A stretch of 64,000 nucleotides of DNA from Chloroflexota bacterium. GTDB taxonomy: Bacteria; Chloroflexota; Anaerolineae; UBA4142. The stretch is from assembly GCA_016208315.1 (NCBI GenBank), contig JACQYF010000016.1:648-64647 (forward strand). Reading direction: 5' to 3'. Positions within the stretch are counted from its first letter, which is position 1. Each line of letters begins with the position of its first letter. Below the pieces are notes generated by a model. The model saw nothing but the letters and a program-made list of their open reading frames with translations, had not been told where the DNA came from and did no database searches. A program made the position numbers and the translations under genes. Positions 34,141 through 43,654 of this stretch are shown here, in pieces.

Positions 34141-36775
34141 TCGAGTTTCCTTTCCCAAGATATAGCCCACGCACGCGATCATCCTGCCGTAACTCGCACG
34201 CCGTCCCCACGAGTTCGACCTGCCCGGTCTGGAGCACGACCGCGCGGTGCGCGACCGATAGCGCCATTTCCGCGTTCTGTTCCACCATCAACATGGTCAG
34301 ACCCTGCGCGTTCAACTTTTCGAGCGTTTCGAAAATATGCTCCACGATCAGCGGCGCCAAGCCCATGGACGGCTCGTCCAACAACAAGAGCTTGGGACGC
34401 CCCATCAGCGCGCGCCCGATGGCAAGCATCTGCTGCTCGCCGCCCGACAACGTCCCTGCGAACTGGCGACGCCGCTGCGCCAAGACGGGGAACAACTCGT
34501 AGACGCGAGCCAGGTCGTCGGCGATTTCGGCCTTGGCGCGGCGCCGGGTTGCGCCAATCCGCAGATTGTCCGCGACCGTCAGACTGTGAAAGACCTGCCG
34601 TCCTTCAGGGACCTGGCAGACGCCGCGTCCCGTTATTTCGGGCGCGGGCAAGCGCGTAATGTCCTTGTCTTCGTACAGAATTTTTCCGCGGCGCGGTTGC
34701 AGAACACCGGATATGGTGTTGAGGAGCGTCGTCTTGCCCGCGCCGTTCGCGCCCAGCACGGCGACGATTTCCTGGGGACGCACGTCGAGCGACACGCCGC
34801 AAATCGCCTCGATGGACCCATAGCTGGTGGAGATGCCATCCACGCGCAGAGTTGGCATTGCTATTGACGGCGGCATCCCAGTGCCGCCGTCAATAGCAAG
34901 TTTTGGGATACTGCGTTTTTTGGCCGCGCCGTGGTTAACGCCTAGGTACGCTTCGATGACGGCTGGATTCTCCTGAACGTCGCGCGGCTTGCCCTCGGCG
35001 ATCAGCTTGCCATAGTCGAGCACGCTGACGCGGTCCGAGATGCCCATGACCAGTTCCATGTTGTGTTCGACCAGGAACACCGTGACCCCCGCGTCGCGGA
35101 TGCCCGCGATTCGCTCGACCAGGTAGGCGCGCTCGGCGGCGTTCATCCCCGCGGCCGGTTCGTCCAGCAAGAGCAGGCGCGGCTCCGTCGCCAACGCGCG
35201 CGCGATCTCGACCAAGCGCTGCTGTCCATAGGGCAGACTCGCGGCGGGACGCGACGCGTGCGCCTCAAGGCCGACGAGCGATAACACTTGCATTGCGCGC
35301 TGCCGCGACATGCGCTCTTCCTCGCGCTGCGCGGCCAGCCCCAAGCCCGCTGCAAGGTAGCCCGATTTCTCATGGCGATGTCTACCGACGAGCACATTCT
35401 CGAGTACGGTCATGTTTGCGAAAACTCGCAGGTTCTGAAACGTCCGCGCCACGCCCAAGCGAGCAATGTCCGCGGCGTGCTTGTGTGTGATCTCTTGTCG
35501 CGCGAAAAACAAATTTCCTGCTGTAGCGCGCTGCAAGCCGCTAATGACGTTGAACAGCGTCGTCTTGCCCGCGCCATTGGGGCCGATCAACGCCGCGATG
35601 TTCCCTTCCGGTACTTCGAGCGAGACACGATTGACCGCTTGCAAGCCGCCAAAGTTCACCGAAACGCAGTCGAGTCGCAGCAGTGGCTCGGCGATGGGCG
35701 AGGGGGAGAGAGGGCGAGGGGGGGAGGGGGAGACCCAGTCACCGTGTCTCCCTGTCTCCCTGTCTCCCTGTCTCCCTGTCTCCCCCTCGCCCCTTCTCCA
35801 ACGCTTGAGAATGGCTCGCAGCCACTCGCGTTGCTCGCGGCGCAGGCCGCCTGTGATTCCGTCGGGCAGAAACAGCAAGAGCACGATCAACGTGATCGCG
35901 TACATCAAGCCGTTGTACTCGGGCGCGGTGGAGATGCCGCGTCCAACCCACATCATAATGATCGCGCCGAGCATGCCGCCCCACAGACTCGCGCTGCCGC
36001 CGACGAGCATCATGAGGATGGGTATAATGGCGGGCCCAAAGCCAAAGTCGTTGGGGTTGATCGCGCCAATCGTAAAGGCGTACAGCCCTCCGCCAATCCC
36101 CGCGTACACGCCGCTCACCACAAAGGCGCGCAGCTTCCAGCCGGCCGTGTTAATGCCCAGCGTGGAAGCCGCGATCTCGCTCGCCGCAAGCGCCTGAAAC
36201 GCGCGGCCGGCGCGCGACCGCAGCGCGCGCTCGGTGAAAAGGAGCAGCACCAGCACCACCGACCACGCAGCATAGTATTGGCCGAAATAATCGGCAGCGA
36301 CGAATCCAAAGACCTCCAGCGGCGCAATGTTGCCGATGCCGTTCGATCCGCCGGTGAGCCAGCGGGTCTCGCGCACAAAGACGTAAAAGACTTGGCCCAG
36401 TCCGATCGTCGCCAACGAAAGGAAGAAAAACCGCAGGCGCAGGACGGGGCGACCGACGATTAGCGCCACCAGGCCGGCGGCAAGCCCGCTCGCCGCGAGC
36501 GCCGCCACGGTCGGCACGCCGGCCCGGGTCGTGAGCAGCGCGCTCGTGTAGGCGCCGATGCCGAAGAACGCGGTGTGTCCAAACGAGAGCTGCCCCGCCT
36601 GCCCAAAGAGCAAAACCAAACCGACGACCATGGTGGCGTAGAGGCCCGCGATGGACATGACGCTCAGCGCGTAATCGCTCTTGATCGCCAAGGGCCAAAT
36701 CGCCATGGCGAGGACAAAGGCGAGCTTGAGTTGGGTAGCGCGGCTGCGAAGCAACGGGGTGATCATCCTCTCCAC
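34130..36775 (-). CDS. Single ORF fusing a LivM-like permease, a LivG-like ATPase and a LivF-like ATPase
   Basis: aa 1 to about 330 are multi-TM (LSFGHTAFFGIGAY). Two ABC modules follow (GPNGAGKTTLFN...LLLDEPAAG and GANGAGKTTLLN...LLLDEPSMG). Both linkers are encoded by repeats. Confidence 0.8.
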   Translation of the reverse strand: MERMITPLLRSRATQLKLAFVLAMAIWPLAIKSDYALSVMSIAGLYATMVVGLVLLFGQAGQLSFGHTAFFGIGAYTSALLTTRAGVPTVAALAASGLAAGLVALIVGRPVLRLRFFFLSLATIGLGQVFYVFVRETRWLTGGSNGIGNIAPLEVFGFVAADYFGQYYAAWSVVLVLLLFTERALRSRAGRAFQALAASEIAASTLGINTAGWKLRAFVVSGVYAGIGGGLYAFTIGAINPNDFGFGPAIIPILMMLVGGSASLWGGMLGAIIMMWVGRGISTAPEYNGLMYAITLIVLLLFLPDGITGGLRREQREWLRAILKRWRRGEGETGRQGDRETGRHGDWVSPSPPRPLSPSPIAEPLLRLDCVSVNFGGLQAVNRVSLEVPEGNIAALIGPNGAGKTTLFNVISGLQRATAGNLFFARQEITHKHAADIARLGVARTFQNLRVFANMTVLENVLVGRHRHEKSGYLAAGLGLAAQREEERMSRQRAMQVLSLVGLEAHASRPAASLPYGQQRLVEIARALATEPRLLLLDEPAAGMNAAERAYLVERIAGIRDAGVTVFLVEHNMELVMGISDRVSVLDYGKLIAEGKPRDVQENPAVIEAYLGVNHGAAKKRSIPKLAIDGGTGMPPSIAMPTLRVDGISTSYGSIEAICGVSLDVRPQEIVAVLGANGAGKTTLLNTISGVLQPRRGKILYEDKDITRLPAPEITGRGVCQVPEGRQVFHSLTVADNLRIGATRRRAKAEIADDLARVYELFPVLAQRRRQFAGTLSGGEQQMLAIGRALMGRPKLLLLDEPSMGLAPLIVEHIFETLEKLNAQGLTMLMVEQNAEMALSVAHRAVVLQTGQVELVGTACELRQDDRVRGLYLGKGNSNGH
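34858..34899. repeat. Perfect 18-bp-stem hairpin encoding the LivG-LivF linker
   Basis: TTGCTATTGACGGCGGCA-TCCCAG-TGCCGCCGTCAATAGCAA. It abuts a possible internal LivF start, ATG 34858 (MPTLRVDG). Confidence 0.8.
35744..35783. repeat. Octanucleotide tandem repeat TGTCTCCC x5 within the LivM-LivG linker
   Basis: Counted directly. It is translated on the minus strand as GETGRQGDRETG. Confidence 0.85.
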
Positions 36776-37657
36776 TTATTCCGCCTCCGCCAGGGACGAC
36801 CCCAGAATGCCCGCTGGGCGCAAGTAGAGGATGAGCAGCAGCACGAGAAAGGCGATGCCATCTTTGTAGCCGGAGGGCAGAAATGCGGCGGCGACCGCCT
36901 CGACCACGCCCAGCGCCAGTCCGCCGAGCACCGCACCGGTGCTCTTGCCCCAGCCGCCGAGCGCCGCCGCGACAAATCCCTTGAGACTCAGGATTCCCCC
37001 CGACGAAAAACTAATGGGAACGATGGGACCGATCGCGACACCCGCCATCGCGCCGATGACCGCGCTGATGGCAAATGCCAGCGCGATCATTTGCCCGGTC
37101 GAGATGCCGACGAGACTGGCGGCGGTGAAATTATCCGCAGTCGCGGTCATCTGCTTGCCGATCAGCGTATAGTTCATAAGCAAATAGAGCGCGAGGAGCG
37201 CGACAGCAGTCAGTCCCACCACCCACAAGCTCTGGGTTGAGATGGCGACGTCGCCGAGCATAATGGGTTCAGTTCCGGAAAACGCGGGAGAGTACAAGGG
37301 GTAGCCGCCCCATTTCAGCAGGGTGGCATTCTCAAACAGCATGTTCACGCCGACGGTGACCATGATCATCGCGATCAGCGAAATCCTCAAGATCGGCGCG
37401 ATCACGAGCCAGTACATCAGAAGCGCAAGCAGAGTGACCACGACGACCGCGGCGATGCCCGCGGCGAGGTAGGGCCAGCCCAGGTCTTTAAGGAAGGCGA
37501 CCACGAACATCGTGCCCAGCATCGCGAACGAACCTTGCGCCAGGTTCACGATGCGCGAGCAGCGGTAGATCGTGGCAAAGCCCAAAGCGATGAGCGCGTA
37601 AACGGCGCCGATCGCGATGCCGGAAACGACGTACTGCAACAAGCCCTCAATGCTCAT
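36776..37657 (-). CDS. LivH-like branched-chain amino acid ABC permease
   Basis: GIAIGAVYALIALGFATIY...NLAQGSFAMLG is the typical LivH N-terminus. Confidence 0.9.
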   Translation of the reverse strand: MSIEGLLQYVVSGIAIGAVYALIALGFATIYRCSRIVNLAQGSFAMLGTMFVVAFLKDLGWPYLAAGIAAVVVVTLLALLMYWLVIAPILRISLIAMIMVTVGVNMLFENATLLKWGGYPLYSPAFSGTEPIMLGDVAISTQSLWVVGLTAVALLALYLLMNYTLIGKQMTATADNFTAASLVGISTGQMIALAFAISAVIGAMAGVAIGPIVPISFSSGGILSLKGFVAAALGGWGKSTGAVLGGLALGVVEAVAAAFLPSGYKDGIAFLVLLLILYLRPAGILGSSLAEAE

Positions 37658-37691
37658 CTGATCTCCTCGGCAATACGGTGTTGCAGGCGAG

Positions 37692-37724
37692 GCAAAACAA
37701 CTAGACCGGTTTGTGAAAACCGGT
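37692..37724 (-). terminator. Candidate terminator after tetR
   Basis: ACCGGTTT-TCAC-AAACCGGT stem followed on the minus strand by CTAGTTGTTTTG. Confidence 0.4.
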
Positions 37725-37743
37725 GATCATGCAGGCGTGGTGA

Positions 37744-38460
37744 TCAAGCGCTAGACAAACCTTCGTGCAGGCGCATCATCTGCGCTCGTAACGTGTCCGG
37801 CTGGTAATATTTTCGAATCGCTTGATCCGTGAGTCCTAACCCGCGCAAACAAAAGAGGACGGCATGTTCGGCTAGCTTGGGCATCGGCGTGGCGTATTCG
37901 CAAGTGGGGCTGCCCGTAAGGTTGCACAGATTCATCGCCATTGACAAGTGATGGACGAACCACATGCGATCGCGGCACGAGATGGGACTCTCGACCAGGT
38001 CTCCCGCGCGGGCCGCCGCATCGAAGGAAGCCAGGATCAAATCGTCGAATAAATACGTTCCAACGGTTTCCAACGCCTTTTCGGCGTACTCATTATTGCT
38101 GACCAAGCTTCGAAAAAATAGCCGCTCGTGCGCCTTCTGATCCACGGAGCGTTCCGGCACACCCAGGGTGATGGTCTCGACAAGGAGATAGACAAAGAAA
38201 ACCAGGGCTTCGGTTCCGGGTCCCACGTTTTTCAATTCGGTGATATGGGCAAGCCCCAAGTCTCGGCTGAATTGGAGGACGGCTGAATACAGCTCTTCCT
38301 TGCTAGAAAAGTGCTTGTATAAAAGCGCTTCCGATACTCCGGCGGCTTGCGCGATGCTCTTGACTGACGTGCCGCGCAAACCGTTCTCGGCAAAGACCTT
38401 TTTCGCCGCCATGATGATCGCATCCCTGCGATTCACCCCCGACATTCGCGATTTCGGCAT
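37744..38460 (-). CDS. TetR-family transcriptional regulator
   Basis: N-terminal HTH AAKKVFAENGLRGTSVKSIAQAAGVSEALLYKHF. Confidence 0.9.
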   Translation of the reverse strand: MPKSRMSGVNRRDAIIMAAKKVFAENGLRGTSVKSIAQAAGVSEALLYKHFSSKEELYSAVLQFSRDLGLAHITELKNVGPGTEALVFFVYLLVETITLGVPERSVDQKAHERLFFRSLVSNNEYAEKALETVGTYLFDDLILASFDAAARAGDLVESPISCRDRMWFVHHLSMAMNLCNLTGSPTCEYATPMPKLAEHAVLFCLRGLGLTDQAIRKYYQPDTLRAQMMRLHEGLSSA

Positions 38461-38504
38461 CTTCTTTGCTCCTGCGATTCAAAATCGTTGCCTAACGCAC
38501 GATG

Positions 38505-38562
38505 GTAAGTGAGCGCACACTTACTTTGGGGGCTAATTTACTACAATATTGTGAATTGTCAA
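38505..38562 (-). promoter_or_regulatory. tetR promoter with palindromic operator candidates
   Basis: Minus strand reads TTGACA-16 nt-TAAATT. The spacer contains the palindrome ACAATATTGT. The leader contains GTAAGTG-N6-CACTTAC (38505-38524). Confidence 0.5.
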
Positions 38563-38593
38563 CATTCTGCGCTTGCGAGAGAAGGATGAAACT

Positions 38594-39523
38594 TTAGACT
38601 ACCCGTCGCGCCAGTGCTTCGAGGAGATGCGTTGTGAGTTGATCGCGGGTTGCTTGGATCGAGTCACTTGTCCAATGGAGGAAACCACGGCCCGTTTTGA
38701 AACCCAGTAAATTTTGTTCTACCTGCTCGCGCAGCGTACTTGAGGGAACGGGAGAAGCGTTTAGGTGCTTGAGTATGTACTCGTGAATTGCCAGCGTCAG
38801 GTCAAGCCCGATCAGGTCCGCATTGGCGACGGGTCCGAGCACCGGCAATCGCATGCCAAAACTGTTGCGTACCGCGATGTCTACGGTTTCGGCGTCACAG
38901 ATTCCTTCGTCAACGATGGCAAATGCTTCGCGCCACAGCGCGTGCTGCATTCGATTGCCGATAAAACCTGGAACATCTTTATTAACGCGCACCGGTGTTT
39001 TGCCAACCCTGAGCAGGAGGTTGTAGACGGCCTCAATGCATGCGGGGTCCGTCCGTTCGGTCCGGACGACTTCGACGAGCGAAACGAGGAAGGGAGGATT
39101 CCAGAAATGCGTTCCGAGGATGCGCTGGCGTCGCGCGGCTTGTTCGCCGATTTGAGTAATGCTGATTACGGACGTGTTGCTGCAAAGGATGGCCGGCTCG
39201 GGACAGAGGCGGTCGAGTTCGACAAACAATTGCTGCTTTAGCGCGAGATTTTCGCTGACCGCTTCGACGACCACGTCAGCAGGGCGGCACGCCTGCGCGA
39301 GGTCGGACGTGACGGTGATTCGGTCCAGGATTGTCGGAATCTCGCCTTGCTCGACCAGACCGTACTCTGCCATGCGCGTCAAATTCGACCGAACGCGTTC
39401 TCGGACCGTGGCGAGCATCTCACTGTTCACATCCTGCACCCATACAGGATGCCCGTGAGCCGCGAAAACCTGGGCAATCCCGTGCCCCATGAGTCCCGCA
39501 CCGATGACGGCAATCGTCTCCAT
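38594..39523 (-). CDS. 3-hydroxyacyl-CoA (3-hydroxybutyryl-CoA) dehydrogenase
   Basis: IAVIGAGLMGHGIAQ plus an intact C-terminal domain (GFIGNRMQHALWREA). Confidence 0.9.
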   Translation of the reverse strand: METIAVIGAGLMGHGIAQVFAAHGHPVWVQDVNSEMLATVRERVRSNLTRMAEYGLVEQGEIPTILDRITVTSDLAQACRPADVVVEAVSENLALKQQLFVELDRLCPEPAILCSNTSVISITQIGEQAARRQRILGTHFWNPPFLVSLVEVVRTERTDPACIEAVYNLLLRVGKTPVRVNKDVPGFIGNRMQHALWREAFAIVDEGICDAETVDIAVRNSFGMRLPVLGPVANADLIGLDLTLAIHEYILKHLNASPVPSSTLREQVEQNLLGFKTGRGFLHWTSDSIQATRDQLTTHLLEALARRVV

Positions 39524-39542
39524 GCGCCACTCCCAGCAGCAT

Positions 39543-40325
39543 CTACCCTGCGGTATAACCGCCGTCCACGTACAGAATCGTTCCCGTCACAAAATCGGAT
39601 GCGTGCGATGATAGGAAAATGACCGCGCCGATGAGGTCTTCCGGCTCCTCCAGCCGGCCCAGTGGAATGCGCGTCAAGAACCGGGTAGTCGCGTTTGGGT
39701 CCGCGAAGATCCATTGCGTCAGCGCGCTTCGAAATACGGTCGGCGCAATTGCGTTGACGTTGATCTTGTGGCCGCCCCATTCCCACGCCAGCGACTGGGT
39801 CAGCGAATCCACCGCGCCTTTGGAAGGGCAATAGGCGGAATAGTTCGGGAAGCCGAGTTTGCCACGTGTGGACGAAATCAAAATAACTTTGCCGCCGCGC
39901 CCTTGGGCGACCATCACCTTGCCCACTTGTTGGCACGCGATATACGTGGCTTTGAGGTTTGCATCCATGATGGCCTGCCAATCTTCCAGCGGCTGTTCGA
40001 CGATCGGCTTGGGTTTGTTCATGCCGGCGGCCGTGAGCAAAATATCAATTCCGCCAAATTGCTCCACCGTTGCGGCGACGATATGCTGCATGTCGGCGAG
40101 GTCATCCGGACGACCGGCCACGTATGCGGCGTGGCAACCCGCCGCTTGAATTTCGGCCAGCAATGGTTTCAGCTTGCTTTCGTCGCGGCCCGTCAACATC
40201 ACCTTCGCTCCCGCCCGCGCCAGTCCTCTCGCCGCCGCCTGCCCGAGACTGCCGCTCGCGCCGGTGATGAGCGCGACGCGATCGGTTACATCAAAAAGCC
40301 ATTTGTTATTTGGGATCTTGTCCAC
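39543..40325 (-). CDS. SDR-family oxidoreductase
   Basis: GTG 40325 is preceded by GGGAGA just after the cupin stop. Motifs ITGASGSLG, TAAG and YCPSKGAV. Confidence 0.8.
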   Translation of the reverse strand: MDKIPNNKWLFDVTDRVALITGASGSLGQAAARGLARAGAKVMLTGRDESKLKPLLAEIQAAGCHAAYVAGRPDDLADMQHIVAATVEQFGGIDILLTAAGMNKPKPIVEQPLEDWQAIMDANLKATYIACQQVGKVMVAQGRGGKVILISSTRGKLGFPNYSAYCPSKGAVDSLTQSLAWEWGGHKINVNAIAPTVFRSALTQWIFADPNATTRFLTRIPLGRLEEPEDLIGAVIFLSSHASDFVTGTILYVDGGYTAG

Positions 40326-40336
40326 GTCGGTTCTCC

Positions 40337-40684
40337 CTATGCTTGCGCCGGCGGATACGGCATGACCACCAGCATGGTTGCCACGCGATTCGTGTCGTTG
40401 CGCACCTGACGATTTTCGCCCGGACCGATATAGATCGAGTCCATGGGGCCTAACTTGACTTGCCAGTCGTCGAAGGTCATGGTCAATTCGCCTTCGAGCA
40501 CGACGTAGATTTTCGGGAGTGGGCCGGCGTCCCAATCGGCTGTGCCGCCCGGCAAATAATAAGAGCAGCCAACCCAGTAGGGCGCTTCACATCCCAGGTT
40601 CTTGTGTTGCAAGTGCATCGCGTAGCAGTCCGAGTGCTTTGGGGGATTGTATTTGACCGCTTCTGCCAGGCGCGTCACTTTCAT
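40337..40684 (-). CDS. Cupin-domain protein
   Basis: Small beta-barrel-type sequence starting MKVTRLAEAV, with RBS GTGGAGG. Confidence 0.65.
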   Translation of the reverse strand: MKVTRLAEAVKYNPPKHSDCYAMHLQHKNLGCEAPYWVGCSYYLPGGTADWDAGPLPKIYVVLEGELTMTFDDWQVKLGPMDSIYIGPGENRQVRNDTNRVATMLVVMPYPPAQA

Positions 40685-40703
40685 CGAATGCCTCCACGGG
40701 TGT

Positions 40704-41486
40704 TTATAGTCGGTACTGGCCGGTCGGATCAACGATCGCGACCATTCGTACGATACAGCCGTCGCCCTGCATCCAGCGCCACGGGAACGCCGCGATCGTC
40801 ACTCGCTTGCCGGTGACCGCGTCAATATCGCCGCCGACGTTCTCAAAGCCGACAATGCCATTGCCGAGCAATAGACGATGATTGGGTTCCCACTCGGCGA
40901 AGACCTCCTCAACCTTTTTGCCGGTCTCGCGCTCGAATTCTTTGCAGACGTGCGGCAGCAACGGGCCCGAACCGTGTGGACCGATGGCCGTCGCGAGAGG
41001 ATGATCGAGCGCCTGGTTGTCAACGCCCACTGCTTTGACCCCGCGCGCTACTAGCCATTCACCCGCTTCGCGATACAATCCCGGCGAGTAGGCAAAATAT
41101 TGTTGGTTGTCGCCCCAATACTTGTGCCAGCCCGTATTGACGATGACAATATCGCCCGGTTCGATGCGCGGTTGCGCGCGCTCTAGGTCTTCCGGCGTGA
41201 TCTTTTCCCATTTGCCCTTGGGTATGGAGACGACGACGGCTGTGCCGAAGAATTTTTCGAGCGGCACTTGATCAATGTAGGGCATGCCTTCGATAACGTG
41301 CGCGGGAGCATCGGTATGCGTGGTGCAATGCATGAACGTGGTGATTTGCTGGGAGAGCACACCCGACTTGGCGTGGTAGTGGAACCGCTCAATCTTGACG
41401 TCGGGAAAGTAGGGCCAGAGGGGAACTCCGTGCCCCCACGGATGGCTCAGGTCGAAGAACTGGAGATCGGACGTGGAAACCTTCAT
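40704..41486 (-). CDS. Cyclase-family protein (kynurenine formamidase-like)
   Basis: HCTTHTDAPAH metal motif. Starts MKVSTSDL with RBS GGAGCAGGAG. Confidence 0.8.
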   Translation of the reverse strand: MKVSTSDLQFFDLSHPWGHGVPLWPYFPDVKIERFHYHAKSGVLSQQITTFMHCTTHTDAPAHVIEGMPYIDQVPLEKFFGTAVVVSIPKGKWEKITPEDLERAQPRIEPGDIVIVNTGWHKYWGDNQQYFAYSPGLYREAGEWLVARGVKAVGVDNQALDHPLATAIGPHGSGPLLPHVCKEFERETGKKVEEVFAEWEPNHRLLLGNGIVGFENVGGDIDAVTGKRVTIAAFPWRWMQGDGCIVRMVAIVDPTGQYRL

Positions 41487-41603
41487 CGGTTTTACTCCTG
41501 CTCCAAATGTGATGTCCGCAATGTGGAACGAATATCCATATAGCGGTACAGCCAAATTCTAGCACGAAAAAACCGCATTGTCAATACCCAATTTGCCGTA
41601 TTG

Positions 41604-41632
41604 TGGACAAATGTTCCGCATGGTGGTATAAT
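41604..41632 (+). promoter_or_regulatory. Promoter for the iclR-type gene
   Basis: TGGACA-17 nt-TATAAT with an extended -10 (TGG). It lies about 40 nt upstream of ATG 41675. Confidence 0.55.
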
Positions 41633-41674
41633 GCGGTTAGGAATTGGTCATCGTTCAATGGAGCATTGCCAAAA

Positions 41675-42514
41675 ATGGATGAGAGATTGGGATTTGTACG
41701 GGGAGAAGATGGTCAACGCGACGAGCATCTCCGGGTTGCGAATCGCGATGAGGATGTGAAAGAGGAGCATCGGAACGGAGGCATACAGGTCATTGCGCGC
41801 GCGGTCAGTATTCTCCGGTCGCTCAGGGCGCATCCGGAAGGGTTGAGTCTCTCGCAGATAGCGAAGGAGGTTGGATTGCCGCGCTCGACAGTCCACCGCA
41901 TCATCGGCGCGCTGGAAAGCGAACGCTTTATTGCGTCCGGCTCCGCCAATGGGCGCATTCGACTGGGCTTGGGACTGGTTCCCTTGGCAGCCGCCGTCAA
42001 TATTGATTTGCGCCGGGAACTTCGTCCCTATCTCGAACGACTTTACCTAGAAGTGAATGAGACCATAGACCTCGCCCTCCTGGACGAAGATCACTTGTTG
42101 TTCGTGGATCAAATTGCCGCGCCTCACCGGCTGCGGGCTGTTTCGGGCATCGGATTGAGTTTTCCCTTGTATTGCACCGCGAATGGCAAAGCGATGCTCG
42201 CCGAATTGCCGGATGACGACGTCGAGCGCGTCATACCCGAACGCTTAGAGCCGCTCACCGCCAAGACGCTCACCTCGCGCGCGCAGCTCATGGAAGAATT
42301 GGCTAGAGTCAAAGTAGAGCGCGTGGGGTTTGATCGTGAAGAGCATACCGTAGGGATTTGTGCCGTAGGCGCGGCCATCCGGGACCCACTGGGCCGGCTT
42401 GCCGCGATATCCATTCCGGCGCCATCTATTCGCTTTTACGGGAACGAGGATCGGCTTGCTGCGGCGCTGCGGGAGACGGTGGATCGCATCAAAGACCGAT
42501 TTGCGGACATGTGA
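41675..42514 (+). CDS. IclR-family transcriptional regulator
   Basis: wHTH LSLSQIAKEVGLPRSTVHRII plus an IclR effector domain. The exact start is uncertain. Confidence 0.85.
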   Translation: MDERLGFVRGEDGQRDEHLRVANRDEDVKEEHRNGGIQVIARAVSILRSLRAHPEGLSLSQIAKEVGLPRSTVHRIIGALESERFIASGSANGRIRLGLGLVPLAAAVNIDLRRELRPYLERLYLEVNETIDLALLDEDHLLFVDQIAAPHRLRAVSGIGLSFPLYCTANGKAMLAELPDDDVERVIPERLEPLTAKTLTSRAQLMEELARVKVERVGFDREEHTVGICAVGAAIRDPLGRLAAISIPAPSIRFYGNEDRLAAALRETVDRIKDRFADM

Positions 42515-42532
42515 TTCCTACGAGGAGAAACG

Positions 42533-43654
42533 ATGTTTCGGCTATCCGGTCGCGCCGTGTTTCCGGACGGCGTTTACGAGGCGACCCTTTCCCTCCAAGA
42601 CAAGCGCATCTCGGCGATTACGCGCGGCGCTGATCCGCAGGCCGATCTGGTCACGTCCGGCTGGATCGCGCCTGGCTTGATTGATCTCCAGGTCAATGGC
42701 GCGTACGGTTACGATTTGACCGCGGACAGTACGACGGTCGCGCCGCTCGCGGCGAAACTGCCCGCGACCGGCATCACCAGTTTTCTGCCCACGGTAATTA
42801 CCTCGCCGCTCGAATCGTATTCGCGGCTGCTGCGCGATTTCGAGCAGGCAGCCAAAGGCGCGCGCGGCGCACAAGTGCTTGGCCTCCATCTCGAAGGTCC
42901 ATACCTGAACCCGAAAGCAGTCGGCGCGCACAACCTCGAATATTTGCGCGCGCCGAATGTGAGTGAGATTGAACACTGGGCCGGTTCGCCGCTCGTCCGC
43001 CTCTGCACCCTCGCGCCGGAATTGCCCGGCGCGCTCGAAATGATCGCGCAACTGCGCGCGCGCAACATCCTCGTCAGCGCGGGGCACTCGAATGCGACGT
43101 TCGCGGAGGCGATGGCGGGGTTTGATGCGGGCATCGCATGGGGCACGCACCTATTCAACGCCATGTCGCAGGTCATGCACCGCCAGCCGGGACTGGTCGG
43201 CGCGCTGCTGTCGTCGGACGTGCCGTGCGGTTTGATCGCCGACGGCGTTCACGTTCACCCCGCCAATCTCAAGCTCGCGTGGCGGGCAAAAGGCGCGCGG
43301 GGCTTGACGCTCGTCACCGATGCAATGTCCGCGATGGGCATGTCACCCGGTCAGTATCCGCTCGGCGATCGCGAGGTGTTCGTGGATGCGACCTCCGCGC
43401 GGCTGCGCGATGGGACTTTGGCGGGCAGCATTTTGCAAATGGACGCCGCGATCCGCAACATGATCGTGTTCACCGGTTGCTCGCTGGCCGACGCGATCAC
43501 GATGGCGAGCACCACACCCGCGCGGCTAATCGGTGTGGCAGATCGGAAAGGCCAAATCGCCCTCGGCTTTGACGCCGATCTGGTTGTGTTCGACGAATCT
43601 CTGCGCGTCGAACGCACGATCATCGGCGGCGAGATCGTTTACGCAACGAGCTAA
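42533..43654 (+). CDS. nagA: N-acetylglucosamine-6-phosphate deacetylase
   Basis: GLIDLQVNG, HLEGPYLNP, AGHSNAT and HLFNAMS motifs. Confidence 0.9.
   Translation: MFRLSGRAVFPDGVYEATLSLQDKRISAITRGADPQADLVTSGWIAPGLIDLQVNGAYGYDLTADSTTVAPLAAKLPATGITSFLPTVITSPLESYSRLLRDFEQAAKGARGAQVLGLHLEGPYLNPKAVGAHNLEYLRAPNVSEIEHWAGSPLVRLCTLAPELPGALEMIAQLRARNILVSAGHSNATFAEAMAGFDAGIAWGTHLFNAMSQVMHRQPGLVGALLSSDVPCGLIADGVHVHPANLKLAWRAKGARGLTLVTDAMSAMGMSPGQYPLGDREVFVDATSARLRDGTLAGSILQMDAAIRNMIVFTGCSLADAITMASTTPARLIGVADRKGQIALGFDADLVVFDESLRVERTIIGGEIVYATS

Noticed and set aside
35288-36463. 391-aa plus-strand ORF opposite the Liv permease/ATPase ORF
   Set aside because: It is antisense to a gene with clear ABC motifs and has no motif of its own.
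39543-40535. 330-aa version of the SDR ORF overlapping the cupin gene
   Set aside because: The first 70 residues are Arg-rich and overlap the cupin coding region. A GTG with a GGGAGA RBS directly after the cupin stop gives a normal 260-aa SDR.
41603-41674. GTG at 41603 as the start of the IclR gene (track ORF)
   Set aside because: That stretch contains the -35/-10 promoter elements and has no IclR-like sequence. A later start fits the family length better.
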